A stretch of DNA of 56,689 bases from an uncultured Pirellulales bacterium (GTDB lineage: Bacteria > Planctomycetota > Phycisphaerae > Sedimentisphaerales > Anaerobacaceae), in the NCBI GenBank assembly GCA_964554425.1, contig CAZKOQ010000001.1, forward strand, positions 1 through 56,689. The letters run 5' to 3'. Shown one piece after another: positions 46,636 through 56,410 of this stretch (position 1 is the stretch's first letter; each line of letters opens with the position of its first letter). The position numbers and the translations under genes were made by a program. The notes under the pieces were generated by a model, which had not been told where the DNA came from, made no database searches, and saw only the letters and a program-made list of their open reading frames with translations.

Positions 46636-46851
46636 TCAATGCCGGAGAATGATGCGGCCTCTGTTTAGGTCGTATGGCGACATTTCAACCACTACCGTGT
46701 CGCCGGGCAAAATCCGGATAAAGTTCATCCGCATTTTGCCGGAGACGTGAGCCAGAATCCTGTGGCCATTTTCCAGCTCAACTCTAAACATTGCGTTCGG
46801 CAAGGCCTCAGTTACCTTGGCCTGCAACCTTATGGCATCTTTTTTTGGCAT
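46636..46851 (-). CDS. infA: translation initiation factor IF-1
   Basis: 71 aa containing [32 protein letters not shown]. Confidence 0.96.
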   Translation of the reverse strand: MPKKDAIRLQAKVTEALPNAMFRVELENGHRILAHVSGKMRMNFIRILPGDTVVVEMSPYDLNRGRIILRH

Positions 46852-46857
46852 AGGTGT

Positions 46858-47637
46858 TTACTTTATTGTCAACACCTCACAACCACCTTTTACTATTGCA
46901 ATCGTATGCTCAAAATGAGCCGAGCACGAACCATCTTTTGTTACAACCGTCCAGCCGTTTTTTAGAGTTCGCACGGCGCTTGTGCCGGCGTTAATCATCG
47001 GCTCAACCGCCAGCACCATTCCTTCGGTCAAAATGATGTCGTTGGCGAGCAGCTCATCGCTAACGAAGTTGGGCACTTTTGGCTCTTCGTGCATCTTTCT
47101 GCCGATGCCGTGTCCGACAAAATCCCTTACTACTGAGAAACCGGCAGATTCTGCATACTGCTGCATCTGTGCGGCAATGCTGCTCCACTTAACTGCCGGG
47201 GCGGCCTTTTCTATGGCAATCTCAAGAACGCGCCTTGTTACATCTACCAGCCGGCACTTGTCCTCAGGTATTGTCCCTATAGGAATCGTAACCGCTGCGT
47301 CCCCACAGTAGCCATCCAGCCGGACACCGAAGTCGATACTCAGGATGTTACCTTCCTTAAGCTTTGTATCCGCCGAAGGAATCCCGTGAACAACCTGCTC
47401 GTCAATAGAGGCACAAATCGCGCCCGGAAACGGAATTCGAGCACGCGGATTTCGGACACCCCTAAACAATGGCTCTGCTCCGGCATCGACAGCCATTTGC
47501 AGAGCGACACTATCAAGCTGCGCCGTAGTAACACCCGGCTCGGCAATCTCCTGCAGTTGTGAAAGAACATTTGCTACAACAGCACCTGCCTTACGCATTA
47601 ACTCGACTTCTCTTCGGCTGCGAAGCGTTATGGCCAT
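46858..47637 (-). CDS. map: type I methionine aminopeptidase
   Basis: 259 aa with a FVGHGIG motif. It is in operon position after adk. Confidence 0.94.
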   Translation of the reverse strand: MAITLRSRREVELMRKAGAVVANVLSQLQEIAEPGVTTAQLDSVALQMAVDAGAEPLFRGVRNPRARIPFPGAICASIDEQVVHGIPSADTKLKEGNILSIDFGVRLDGYCGDAAVTIPIGTIPEDKCRLVDVTRRVLEIAIEKAAPAVKWSSIAAQMQQYAESAGFSVVRDFVGHGIGRKMHEEPKVPNFVSDELLANDIILTEGMVLAVEPMINAGTSAVRTLKNGWTVVTKDGSCSAHFEHTIAIVKGGCEVLTIK

Positions 47638-47689
47638 TTAGCACGTGTTTCGTATATTAAAGTTCGTATTTCGTATCACAGCTCACGCT

Positions 47690-48343
47690 TCACGTCTTGA
47701 CCAGTGCATCCAGTTTCCCGGATATCAAAGCGCTAACTTTGTCAGGGGCCCTGTCAGCATCAATGTCAAAAAAGGTGCCGTTTTTCTTATAGTAATCCAC
47801 CAGCGGTTCTGTCTGCTGATGGTAAGTTTTCAGACGATTAGCCACCACTTGTGGGCCGTCATCCAGCCGCTGAACTAACTTTGTGCCGTCGTGGTCGCAA
47901 GTGTCGGCGACTTTCGGCTTTAAGTTATCGATGTGGTAAACAGCGCCGCACTTGGGGCAGCTTCTTCTGCCGGTCATTCGCTTTGTAATTACCCTGTCAT
48001 CAATCATTAAGTTCAAGACGGCATCTATTCTCTGGCCATTATGGCCCAGCGATTTATCAAGCTCGACGGCCTGATTAAGGGTCCTGGGAAAACCATCAAG
48101 TATAAATCCGGCAGCAGGGGCCTTTTTTATCGCTTTGGTCATCATCTCAAGGATAAGCCCGTCCGGCACAAGAACACCTGAATCCATAAAGCCCTGCGCT
48201 TTTTTACCAAGTTCGGTCCCATCGGCCCTTTCCCTTCTCAAGATATCGCCGCTTGATAAATGCAACAGACTATAGCGTGCGGCAATCTGCTTACACTGCG
48301 TTCCCTTACCTGCACCCGGCGCACCAAGTAAAACCAACCTCAT
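47690..48343 (-). CDS. adk: adenylate kinase
   Basis: 217 aa with P-loop GAPGAGKGTQ and a lid containing CPKCG...CDHDG. Confidence 0.96.
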   Translation of the reverse strand: MRLVLLGAPGAGKGTQCKQIAARYSLLHLSSGDILRRERADGTELGKKAQGFMDSGVLVPDGLILEMMTKAIKKAPAAGFILDGFPRTLNQAVELDKSLGHNGQRIDAVLNLMIDDRVITKRMTGRRSCPKCGAVYHIDNLKPKVADTCDHDGTKLVQRLDDGPQVVANRLKTYHQQTEPLVDYYKKNGTFFDIDADRAPDKVSALISGKLDALVKT

Positions 48344-49701
48344 ACGTAAGCTCCTTTTATTCTGCCGACTTCGCTAAAGCCCTCATAGCTGCGCATCAGG
48401 AGGTTGGCTTCTATTTTCTGAATCAAATCCAGAGAGACGCTGACAACTATCAATAATCCGGTTCCGCCCAAGAAGGTCGCAACCCGCCAATCAATACCAA
48501 GATATACCGCCACCAGCGATGGAATGACAGCAATAATGGCTGAGAAGGCGCCCCCGTAATATGTAACCCTGGCCATCACAGTTTCGAGGTACTCAGCAGT
48601 TCTGCGCCCCGGCCGAAGACCGGGAATAAAACTGCCCGAATCCCGAAGATTCTTTGCCATTTCCTTGGGCTGAAACGTTACTGTTGTCCAGAAATATGCA
48701 AACAAAAATATCAGCAGCATATACAGCACATTATATGTATAAGCACTGTGGGCAAAGGCATCCCTTAAGGTCAGCATCACCACTGAATTCTCGAGCGCCC
48801 TGATTTTTAACAACTGGTCGATTATTATGGGAGGGAACATCATAAAGCTGGATGCAAATATGATAGGCATCACGCCTCCGTGATTGACGCGAAGGGGCAG
48901 GTAGTGCCGCATTCCGCCATACATTCGCCGGCCTCGCATCTGTTTTGCCTGCTGAATCGGTATGCGTCGCTGGCCTTGTGTTATCAGTATAGCGCCGGCC
49001 ACGACAGAGATGAACGCTGCTATCAGAAACAGGATTTTTGCAGGGCCGACAGAACCGGCTGGCGCACCGAACCTCAGGTCAACGCTTTCCCAGAGGGTCT
49101 GAACCGCCCAGGGCATTCTTGCGAGGATTCCGGCCATAATTATCAAGCTGATGCCGTTGCCAATGCCGTATTCATCTATCTGCTCGCCCAGCCACATCAA
49201 AAAAATGGTGCCGGCACTCATACTGAAAATGCCCATTATCAAGGCCTGCCTCTCCATTCCTGCGTAGGTAAATCCACTTCCTCCCAGCCACCTCATAAAC
49301 ATTATCGACTGGATAATGCAAACCAGCACCGTCAGATACCGCGTGTATTCATTTATCTTCTTATAGCCGGTCTGACCCTCCTGTCGCAGCTTTTTCAGAG
49401 ATGGAACAACCTCCCCCAAAAGCATAAGAATAATAGAGGCGGTAATGTAGGGCATAATTCCCAGTCCAAAAACGCTGCTATCGTCCAACCTTCCGCCGGT
49501 GAATAGCTGCATATATTCTGCAGCCCTACCGAGGGGGCTTTCCGAAGGTCTTTGCTTGGCAAGCTCTATCATCTTTGCCTGGTCAAAGCCGGGGACAGGA
49601 ATATGAAAACCAAGCCTGTATATCATCAATAGCGCCAGCGTAAAAAGAATCTTGTTCCGCAGGTCCTGGACCCTGAATATATTTATTACCGTTTTAAGCA
49701 T
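48340..49701 (-). CDS. secY: preprotein translocase subunit SecY
   Basis: 453 aa, polytopic. It is in operon position between rplO and adk and overlaps adk by 4 nt. Confidence 0.95.
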   Translation of the reverse strand: MLKTVINIFRVQDLRNKILFTLALLMIYRLGFHIPVPGFDQAKMIELAKQRPSESPLGRAAEYMQLFTGGRLDDSSVFGLGIMPYITASIILMLLGEVVPSLKKLRQEGQTGYKKINEYTRYLTVLVCIIQSIMFMRWLGGSGFTYAGMERQALIMGIFSMSAGTIFLMWLGEQIDEYGIGNGISLIIMAGILARMPWAVQTLWESVDLRFGAPAGSVGPAKILFLIAAFISVVAGAILITQGQRRIPIQQAKQMRGRRMYGGMRHYLPLRVNHGGVMPIIFASSFMMFPPIIIDQLLKIRALENSVVMLTLRDAFAHSAYTYNVLYMLLIFLFAYFWTTVTFQPKEMAKNLRDSGSFIPGLRPGRRTAEYLETVMARVTYYGGAFSAIIAVIPSLVAVYLGIDWRVATFLGGTGLLIVVSVSLDLIQKIEANLLMRSYEGFSEVGRIKGAYV

Positions 49702-49750
49702 CTCTATGTTTTCCGATAGGCCACATAACTTTATTGCAGTAAGTCATCTA

Positions 49751-50194
49751 CTATACCAATCTTGCCGTGCCCCCGCAGCCCACAATCTTTTGCTCTGCAC
49801 TTTTGCTGAATCTGTGAGCAATGACCATCAGCTTCTTTGTCAGCTCGCCATTGCCGAGAATCTTGACTTTGTTTCTGAGACTGCCAATCAGCCCCGCGGC
49901 GTTTAGTTGCTCCAGACCGACTGTGGCCCCATCATCGAACGTTTCCAGCTGAGAGACATTGACAATTTGAAAACGTCGCTGAAACTTAAAGTTACTGAAA
50001 CCCCGCTTTGGCAGGCGGCGAAATAGCGGCATTTGTCCGCCTTCGTGAAGGGAAAATCCAATCGCGCCTGCCCTGCTCTTGCTGCCCTTGTGGCCCTGGC
50101 CCGAGGTCTTTCCGTGGCCGCTGCCGGTGCCTCTTCCGACACGCTTGCGGGCTTTATGGCTGCCTACAACAGAAGTTATTTCGTGGTTCAACAT
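49751..50194 (-). CDS. rplO: 50S ribosomal protein L15
   Basis: The start is at the ATG at 50194 (MLNHEITSVVGSHKARKRVGRGTGSGHGKTSG), with a GGTGA 6 nt upstream. Confidence 0.94.
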   Translation of the reverse strand: MLNHEITSVVGSHKARKRVGRGTGSGHGKTSGQGHKGSKSRAGAIGFSLHEGGQMPLFRRLPKRGFSNFKFQRRFQIVNVSQLETFDDGATVGLEQLNAAGLIGSLRNKVKILGNGELTKKLMVIAHRFSKSAEQKIVGCGGTARLV

Positions 50195-50224
50195 TTTAAT
50201 CACCCACTTAGCTACCACAAATCA

Positions 50225-50746
50225 TCAAGCACCAATTTTTACTCCACGAACCGATTCGACCGTTTCCTTGATGCGCAAACTCAACAATGCCTCCATTGTT
50301 GCCCTGACGACGTTCTTGGCATTCGTGCTTCCATAAACTTTTGTCAGAACATCCTGCACACCGGCAAACGCCAGGACTGCTCGTGCGCTGGAGCCGGCAA
50401 TAACGCCCGTGCCGGGGCTGGCTGGAACTAATGTTATCTTTGTCGCCCTGTGCTTGGCGGTAACCTGGTGCGGAATTGTTCGACCCGACAGAGCTATTTT
50501 GTGCAGCTCTTTTTTGGCCTCCTTAATACCTTTTTCCACCGCCAGGGGGACTTCATTTGCCTTGCCATATCCGATACCTACCGTCCCCGCCTTGTCGCCG
50601 ACAACAACCAGCACTCCAAAACTGAACCTTCGCCCGCCTTTAACGACCTTAGCGGTTCGGTAAACCTTTACCACCGTATCCTCGAAGGGCTTTTCTTCCT
50701 GCTCAAATGGCTGAACTGCTTCTGCTGCCAATTTTTTCTCCAGCAA
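50225..50746 (-). CDS. rpsE: 30S ribosomal protein S5
   Basis: 173 aa containing RTAKVVKGGRRFSF. Confidence 0.96.
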   Translation of the reverse strand: MLEKKLAAEAVQPFEQEEKPFEDTVVKVYRTAKVVKGGRRFSFGVLVVVGDKAGTVGIGYGKANEVPLAVEKGIKEAKKELHKIALSGRTIPHQVTAKHRATKITLVPASPGTGVIAGSSARAVLAFAGVQDVLTKVYGSTNAKNVVRATMEALLSLRIKETVESVRGVKIGA

Positions 50747-50756
50747 ATATTAGTTT

Positions 50757-51122
50757 TTAAAAGACCAAACCGGTTTTTCTTGCCCCTTCGGCAAAGGCCT
50801 TGACCCTGCCGTGGAATTTATAGCGGCCTCTATCGAAGCACACGCACTTGATACCTACGCCAAGCGCCTGCTTAGCGATGGCTTCACCCACTAATTGCGC
50901 GGCTTTTTTGTCGCGGGTGCCGCTCAACTGCTCACGCAGACCCTTCGACCTCGTGCTGGCGGAAACAAGTGTCGCACCCCCTGTGTCGTCTATAACCTGG
51001 GCGTAGATGTGTCTGTTCGAGCGGAACACCGACAGGCGAGGCCTATCGGCAGTTCCAACGACCTTTTTCCGCACGTGATATTTACGCCTCAGTCTTGCCC
51101 TTTTTATCCTGTCAAGTTTCAT
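50757..51122 (-). CDS. rplR: 50S ribosomal protein L18
   Basis: 121 aa containing [20 protein letters not shown]. Confidence 0.96.
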   Translation of the reverse strand: MKLDRIKRARLRRKYHVRKKVVGTADRPRLSVFRSNRHIYAQVIDDTGGATLVSASTRSKGLREQLSGTRDKKAAQLVGEAIAKQALGVGIKCVCFDRGRYKFHGRVKAFAEGARKTGLVF

Positions 51123-51139
51123 ATAAGCAATAATCTCTA

Positions 51140-51721
51140 TTACGTCGTCCCGGAAGTAAATGCCTTTCCGACCTTGTGCCGAACATGTTCGCCCGCATAG
51201 CGGATGCCCTTGCCTTTATAAGGTTCGGGCGGCTTTATCTTGCGGACCTCAGCGGAAAACTCCCCGACAAGTGCTTTATCTATCCCTGAAATAGTAAATC
51301 TGGCAGGGACATCATTGCCCCGTGTGGCGGGAACCTCAATGTGCACTTTCAAGCCCTTTGGTATCGGCCGCTCAGCTTGATTAGCAAATCCGAGATGAAG
51401 GACCAGTTTGCCGCCTTGCTCCTTTACGCTATAGCCGGCGCCGTAAATCTCAAGCTTCTTCTCATAGCCCTTGCTGACACCGAGAACCATATTGGCAATC
51501 AAGGCACGCGTCGTGCCGTGAATCTGCTTGGCTTGTCTATTGTCCGGACGAGTATTTTCTACCACTATCTTCCCATCGGAGTCGCCGACTAACACCTTTA
51601 TCAGCGGGTGGCAATCCAACTGGGCAGTGCCGAGCGGGCCTGTTATCTTGATGGACGCTCCCTGATGTTCGAGCCTTACTCCCTGGGGGATAAAAACAGG
51701 TTTTTCACCTATATGACTCAT
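51140..51721 (-). CDS. rplF: 50S ribosomal protein L6
   Basis: 193 aa, starting [15 protein letters not shown]. It shares one nucleotide with the rpsH stop (TGATG). Confidence 0.95.
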   Translation of the reverse strand: MSHIGEKPVFIPQGVRLEHQGASIKITGPLGTAQLDCHPLIKVLVGDSDGKIVVENTRPDNRQAKQIHGTTRALIANMVLGVSKGYEKKLEIYGAGYSVKEQGGKLVLHLGFANQAERPIPKGLKVHIEVPATRGNDVPARFTISGIDKALVGEFSAEVRKIKPPEPYKGKGIRYAGEHVRHKVGKAFTSGTT

Positions 51722-52116
51722 CAGCTAACCGTGCAAAGTATTTCGCCGCCGATCTTTGCTTCGCGGCATCCGCTATCACTCATTACACCTTTACTTGTCG
51801 ATACTATTGCGATACCCATACCGCCCAAAACTCGCGGCAGCTTATCAGCCGGCGAATAGATTCGGCGGCCGGGCTTACTGACTCTTTTTATCTCATTAAT
51901 AACGGGCTGACCGACCTGGTCATATTTTAGTGCAATCCTGAGCAGCCCCTGCTTGCCGTCATCAATCCTGTCGAAATCCTTGATGTAACCTTCATTTTTT
52001 AGAACAACCGCTATGTTATCGCAAATTTTCGACGCCTTGACGGTTACCTGCTCATTGCTTATTCGCATAGCGTTGCGAATTTTCGTGAGCATATCGGCTA
52101 TCGGGTCACTGCTCAT
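51721..52116 (-). CDS. rpsH: 30S ribosomal protein S8
   Basis: 131 aa, starting MSSDPIADMLTKIRNA. Confidence 0.96.
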   Translation of the reverse strand: MSSDPIADMLTKIRNAMRISNEQVTVKASKICDNIAVVLKNEGYIKDFDRIDDGKQGLLRIALKYDQVGQPVINEIKRVSKPGRRIYSPADKLPRVLGGMGIAIVSTSKGVMSDSGCREAKIGGEILCTVS

Positions 52117-52141
52117 AATTTTCTACCTTCAATCCTGCTGT

Positions 52142-52327
52142 TCACCAACTGGCTTTTTTTACGCCAGGTATCTTTCCTTCGTTGGCCAATTTCCTGAAAC
52201 AAAGGCGGCAGATTTTGAACTTGCGATAAACTGCCCTGGCCCTTCCGCAAAGCTGACAACGCGTGTACTGCCTGACACGGAATTTCGGTTTTCTTTTCGC
52301 CTTGTTTTCCAGCGCCTTCGTTGACAT
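52142..52327 (-). CDS. rpsN: 30S ribosomal protein S14, short Zn-binding type (type Z)
   Basis: The start is at the ATG at 52327, with an AGGAG upstream. 61 aa with CQLCGR...CRLCFR (two CxxC). Confidence 0.93.
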   Translation of the reverse strand: MSTKALENKAKRKPKFRVRQYTRCQLCGRARAVYRKFKICRLCFRKLANEGKIPGVKKASW

Positions 52328-52352
52328 CCATACGCTCCTGCTGTCCAAATCT

Positions 52353-52901
52353 TTAAGCCGACGCAGCTTTGAACGGCATTCCAAAAAGCGACAACATTCT
52401 TCTTGCCTCGCCGCCGGTCTTTGCCGTTGTTACAAAGGTTATGTTCATACCCTGCTGGGCCTCCACCTTTGCCGGATTGATTTCCGGAAAGACGGTCTGT
52501 TCCGACAGGCCCATCGAGTAATTACCTCTGCCGTCGAAGCTGTTAGGGTCAAGGCCTCGAAAGTCCCTGACGCGTGGGATTGCCAGGTTAATCAGCCGGT
52601 CCATAAACTCATACATTCTCACGCCGCGCAGAGTTACCTTAAGTCCAATCTCAACACCTTGGCGAAGCTTGAAATTGGAGACACTCTTTTTAGCTTTGAT
52701 AACCACAGGTAGCTGAGCGGTAATCATCATTAAATCACTCTTGGCCAGCTCAAGGAATTTTTTGTCCTGCGTTGCCTTCCCTACGCCCATAGAAACAACT
52801 ATTTTTTCAATCCGCGGGACAGCCATAGGACTGCTGTAGCCGAATTCCTTGGCTAATTCCGGAACTACCTTGGATTTATATAAATCTTTCAGCCGTGCCA
52901 T
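52353..52901 (-). CDS. rplE: 50S ribosomal protein L5
   Basis: 182 aa, starting [16 protein letters not shown]. Confidence 0.96.
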   Translation of the reverse strand: MARLKDLYKSKVVPELAKEFGYSSPMAVPRIEKIVVSMGVGKATQDKKFLELAKSDLMMITAQLPVVIKAKKSVSNFKLRQGVEIGLKVTLRGVRMYEFMDRLINLAIPRVRDFRGLDPNSFDGRGNYSMGLSEQTVFPEINPAKVEAQQGMNITFVTTAKTGGEARRMLSLFGMPFKAASA

Positions 52902-52916
52902 TAAATACCAAACCTT

Positions 52917-53261
52917 CTATCCTTTGGCGCTCTTGCCATAGACGACCCTGCCGATTTCAGCCCCAGAGGTTGAAATTCGCTTTTTACCGCCGTCTTCTTC
53001 TATTCTGTATCGGACTCTGGTGCCTTTAGAGGTCTTCGGATTTACCGGCAGGACACTACTTATGTGGATTGGCTGCTCGACGTTAATCCGACCACCCTGA
53101 GGATTTTTGCGGGACTGCCGAACGTGCTTTTTGACCAAATTGTGACCCTGCACCACAACCTTGCCCTCTCTGGGCAGAACCCACAGCACCTTGCCGACAG
53201 TGCCTTTCTCGTCGCCGGCAATAATCTCAACCATATCACCTTTTTTAATATGCAGAGCCAT
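52917..53261 (-). CDS. rplX: 50S ribosomal protein L24
   Basis: 114 aa containing IKKGDMVEIIAGDEKG (KOW motif). Confidence 0.95.
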   Translation of the reverse strand: MALHIKKGDMVEIIAGDEKGTVGKVLWVLPREGKVVVQGHNLVKKHVRQSRKNPQGGRINVEQPIHISSVLPVNPKTSKGTRVRYRIEEDGGKKRISTSGAEIGRVVYGKSAKG

Positions 53262-53294
53262 TTTTTTTGCACCGCCTGTTGTGCGCTCAAGAAT

Positions 53295-53681
53295 TCATAC
53301 CACTTCACTTGCCAGTGAGATGATTTTCATATAGTTTTTCTCGCGAAGCTCGCGAGCAACCGCGCCGAAAATTCTGGTCCCTATCGGGTTGCCCTCATTA
53401 TCTATCATCACAGCGGCGTTGCTGTCAAACCTCACATAACTGCCATCGGGTCGCTTAACGGGATATCTGGTGCGAATAACAACGCACTTATGCACCTTTT
53501 TGTCGTCTAATTGACAGGTCGGCAGCGACTTTTTTATCGCAACACAGAGAACATCCCCTATCGTGGCCGTGGCACGCGTGAACTTCCCATGCGCTCCGCT
53601 TCTTCCAAGCACTCTTATGCACAACGCCGACTTAACGCCTGAATTGTCGGCTATATCTAACATTGTTTCCTGCTGAATCAT
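53295..53681 (-). CDS. rplN: 50S ribosomal protein L14
   Basis: The start is at the ATG at 53681 ([15 protein letters not shown]). Confidence 0.95.
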   Translation of the reverse strand: MIQQETMLDIADNSGVKSALCIRVLGRSGAHGKFTRATATIGDVLCVAIKKSLPTCQLDDKKVHKCVVIRTRYPVKRPDGSYVRFDSNAAVMIDNEGNPIGTRIFGAVARELREKNYMKIISLASEVV

Positions 53682-53703
53682 CTTTGGTGCCCGGTATCTT
53701 AGC

Positions 53704-53964
53704 TCACACCTCGACTGCTTTTTCAATAACCTTCAGAAGACGCCAGCTCTTGGTCTTGCTGTAGGGTCTGCACTCGGCAATTTCGACAAGGTCGCCGACG
53801 CCTGCTTTATTGTGCTCATCGTGAACGGCCACTTTGGTTCTACGTCTTATGTACTTTCCATATTTTGGATGCCTGACCGTGCGAGCAACGGTAACACTGA
53901 TGGTTTTGTCGCTGCTCTTCTTTAATACCACGCCCGTTAAAGTTCTTATTTTTTCATCCTGCAT
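53704..53964 (-). CDS. rpsQ: 30S ribosomal protein S17
   Basis: The ATG at 53964 gives [13 protein letters not shown]..., collinear with E. coli MTDKIRTLQGRVV. The ORF track opens at the TTG at 53982. Confidence 0.93.
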   Translation of the reverse strand: MQDEKIRTLTGVVLKKSSDKTISVTVARTVRHPKYGKYIRRRTKVAVHDEHNKAGVGDLVEIAECRPYSKTKSWRLLKVIEKAVEV

Positions 53965-53978
53965 ATCAGACCCTATGG

Positions 53979-54185
53979 TCAATCCACCTTAGAGGAGGCA
54001 ATGGTTTTTTCACGCAGCACCGTCTTAATTCTGGCGATATCACGCTTTGTGTTGACTATGGCCTTGGAGTTTTCCAGTTTCTCCGTAACCGCCTGCGTGC
54101 GCAAATCAAATATACGCCTCTCGAGTTCTTCCAGCTTGCTTTTAAGCTCATCGGTGCTAATTTCCCGATACTGTTTTGCTTCCAT
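53979..54185 (-). CDS. rpmC: 50S ribosomal protein L29
   Basis: The ATG at 54185 ([14 protein letters not shown]) has a GAAGG upstream. The ORF track opens at the TTG at 54191. Confidence 0.92.
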   Translation of the reverse strand: MEAKQYREISTDELKSKLEELERRIFDLRTQAVTEKLENSKAIVNTKRDIARIKTVLREKTIASSKVD

Positions 54186-54200
54186 AACCAATAACCTTCT

Positions 54201-54626
54201 TTATCCGCCTATTGCGGACTTTCGCTTAACGAACCTGCACTTAATCGGCAGCTTGTGTGCCACCCTGGATAGCGCCAGTTTTGCGACGTCTTCGCTGACA
54301 CCGCCCACCTCGAAGCAAATCTGCCCAGGCCTGACTCGTGCTATCCAGAACGCCGGCTCACCCTTGCCTTTACCCATCCTGGTTTCCAACGGCTTAGCCG
54401 ACGCTGGCTGATGCGGAAATATCCGCAAATATACCTTGCCCTCACGATGCAGAAAATGCGTCGCCGCAACCCGTCCGGCCTCAATTGATTTGGCATTGAC
54501 CCAGCTTGTCTCTAGTGCCTGCAGGCCGTATTCGCCAAACGCAACGAAGTTGCCCCTCATCGCGTTACCTTTCATTCTGCCGCGCTGGCTCTTACGATAC
54601 TTAACTCTTTTCGGCATCAACGCCAT
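54201..54626 (-). CDS. rplP: 50S ribosomal protein L16
   Basis: 141 aa containing [16 protein letters not shown]. Confidence 0.96.
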   Translation of the reverse strand: MALMPKRVKYRKSQRGRMKGNAMRGNFVAFGEYGLQALETSWVNAKSIEAGRVAATHFLHREGKVYLRIFPHQPASAKPLETRMGKGKGEPAFWIARVRPGQICFEVGGVSEDVAKLALSRVAHKLPIKCRFVKRKSAIGG

Positions 54627-54655
54627 TTCTCTAATCCTTACTCAAAAGCCAACCT

Positions 54656-55447
54656 TTATCTTCTCTCTGTTGTCTCTGTTCCGCCGGTTACAGGCGATGC
54701 CGGCCCAGCAGGGGCCTTGCTTTCTGGCCTGCCCCTTTCATCTTCAATCGGCCCTACGCCTGTATGTCTCGAAGGCCTGCGCCGTCGCGAGATTGGCTCG
54801 ATTTCCTCGCCGAAGTAGCCCTTATAAATCCAGACCTTAATGCCAATCGTTCCGTAGGTTGTTACTGCCGTTGCCACACCGTAATCTACGTTGGCATTTA
54901 GTGTGTGCAGCGGAATGCTTCCGAGCTTCTGGGTTTCCTTGCGGGCCATTTCCGAGCCCGCCAGCCGTCCACCACAGATAATCTTAACGCCTTTGGCGCC
55001 TGCGTTCATAGCAGATTCGCAATACTGTTTCATTGTTCGCCTGTATGATGCACGCTTAATTAACTGCTCGGCAAGTGCCTCGGCGACCAAAGTAGCATTG
55101 AGGTCAGGGTCTTTTATCTCTATAACATTAACGGTAACGGTTCGACCGGTTATTCGCTCAAGCTCCTCCCGCAGTTTATCAACTTCGCCGCCCCGAGGCC
55201 CTATGACCACGCCGGGCCGTGCGCTGTGCATAGTAACCTTTACCTCGTTACGTGTGCGAGTTATCTCAACCTTTGCTACGGCGCCCTTGGGAACGCTGCG
55301 GTTAAATTTCCTGTCGATAAACTGGCGGATTTTCTGGTCCTCAACGAGAAAGTCGCCATACGTGGCTTTGTTGGGAGCGAACCAGGTGCTCTGCCATCCT
55401 AATGTTATCCCTGTTCTAAAACCTATTGGTGAACATTTCTGTCCCAT
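54656..55447 (-). CDS. rpsC: 30S ribosomal protein S3 (with an Arg/Pro/Gly-rich C-terminal tail)
   Basis: 263 aa, starting MGQKCSPIGFRTGI. Confidence 0.96.
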   Translation of the reverse strand: MGQKCSPIGFRTGITLGWQSTWFAPNKATYGDFLVEDQKIRQFIDRKFNRSVPKGAVAKVEITRTRNEVKVTMHSARPGVVIGPRGGEVDKLREELERITGRTVTVNVIEIKDPDLNATLVAEALAEQLIKRASYRRTMKQYCESAMNAGAKGVKIICGGRLAGSEMARKETQKLGSIPLHTLNANVDYGVATAVTTYGTIGIKVWIYKGYFGEEIEPISRRRRPSRHTGVGPIEDERGRPESKAPAGPASPVTGGTETTERR

Positions 55448-55489
55448 AATATTCTATCTGATGTCTGGCTTCTATTTTTCCCTTCCTGG

Positions 55490-56038
55490 TTATATCTGCG
55501 TTACTGTTATGTGTATATGGCAGGCCCTCTGACGAATAGGATACGCCTTGCCTCTGTCCTTTGGAATCCACCTTTTAGTGCCGACTCGCACCCCTGCATC
55601 ATCAACGCGGGCCTGGCTGACATATAGATTATCTACGTCGGCCTGCTGCTCATCGGCATCCGCCACGGCGCTTCTCAAAATCTTATCAATCATCGACGCA
55701 GCACGTTTTCTCGTGAACTTCAAGATGTCTAAGGCATCCTGGACGGGCCTGCCGACCACCAATTGTGTAACCAATTGAGCTTTGCGGGGCGAAATCGGAG
55801 CGTAGCGATAAGATGAGCACCAATCGGCTACATCATTTGCATTAACAGCTAATGCTGCCGCTATGCGACGAATATCTTCCCTTCGCGGCCTGGGCTTAAA
55901 GAGGCCATTTTTCCAATTCTTGACAGCGGCCATTGCAGCTTTCTTGTCAAGACCGGGCCTGATAAGCTGGCCGGCGACCTGTTCGACGCTCACCTGCTTC
56001 TGCCGGCAAAACTCTCTTAACTTAGTAACACTCAACAT
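55490..56038 (-). CDS. rplV: 50S ribosomal protein L22 with an N-terminal extension of about 70 aa
   Basis: 182 aa. The L22 core starts near YRYAPISPRKAQLVTQLVVGRPVQDALDILKF. The preceding residues have no counterpart in ordinary L22 of about 110-120 aa. Confidence 0.9.
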   Translation of the reverse strand: MLSVTKLREFCRQKQVSVEQVAGQLIRPGLDKKAAMAAVKNWKNGLFKPRPRREDIRRIAAALAVNANDVADWCSSYRYAPISPRKAQLVTQLVVGRPVQDALDILKFTRKRAASMIDKILRSAVADADEQQADVDNLYVSQARVDDAGVRVGTKRWIPKDRGKAYPIRQRACHIHITVTQI

Positions 56039-56086
56039 AACAATCTCATACCCCGTATCTGACGCCGTCCTACGCCGCTCAGCCGA

Positions 56087-56365
56087 CTATGTTACTACCT
56101 CAATCTTTCTGGTTGAGTGGCCCTTGAATGTCCGCGTGAGCGAGAACTCACCGAGCTTATGACCCACCATATCCTCGGTAATAAAAACCTTATTGAATAT
56201 CTTGCCGTTATGCACCATAAACGTAAAACCCACAAACTCGGGGATTATCGTGCAACGCCTTGCCCAGGTTTTTATCGGCTCACGCGAGCCGGAAGAAGAC
56301 TGCTTATTGACCTTGATAATCACCTTCTCATCAATGTATGGCCCTTTTTTAAGAGATCTTCCCAT
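56087..56365 (-). CDS. rpsS: 30S ribosomal protein S19
   Basis: 92 aa, starting [14 protein letters not shown]. Confidence 0.96.
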   Translation of the reverse strand: MGRSLKKGPYIDEKVIIKVNKQSSSGSREPIKTWARRCTIIPEFVGFTFMVHNGKIFNKVFITEDMVGHKLGEFSLTRTFKGHSTRKIEVVT

Positions 56366-56410
56366 TTACTTACTCAATCCTAAAAAGCTTAACAGCTATC
56401 TTATTTTTCG

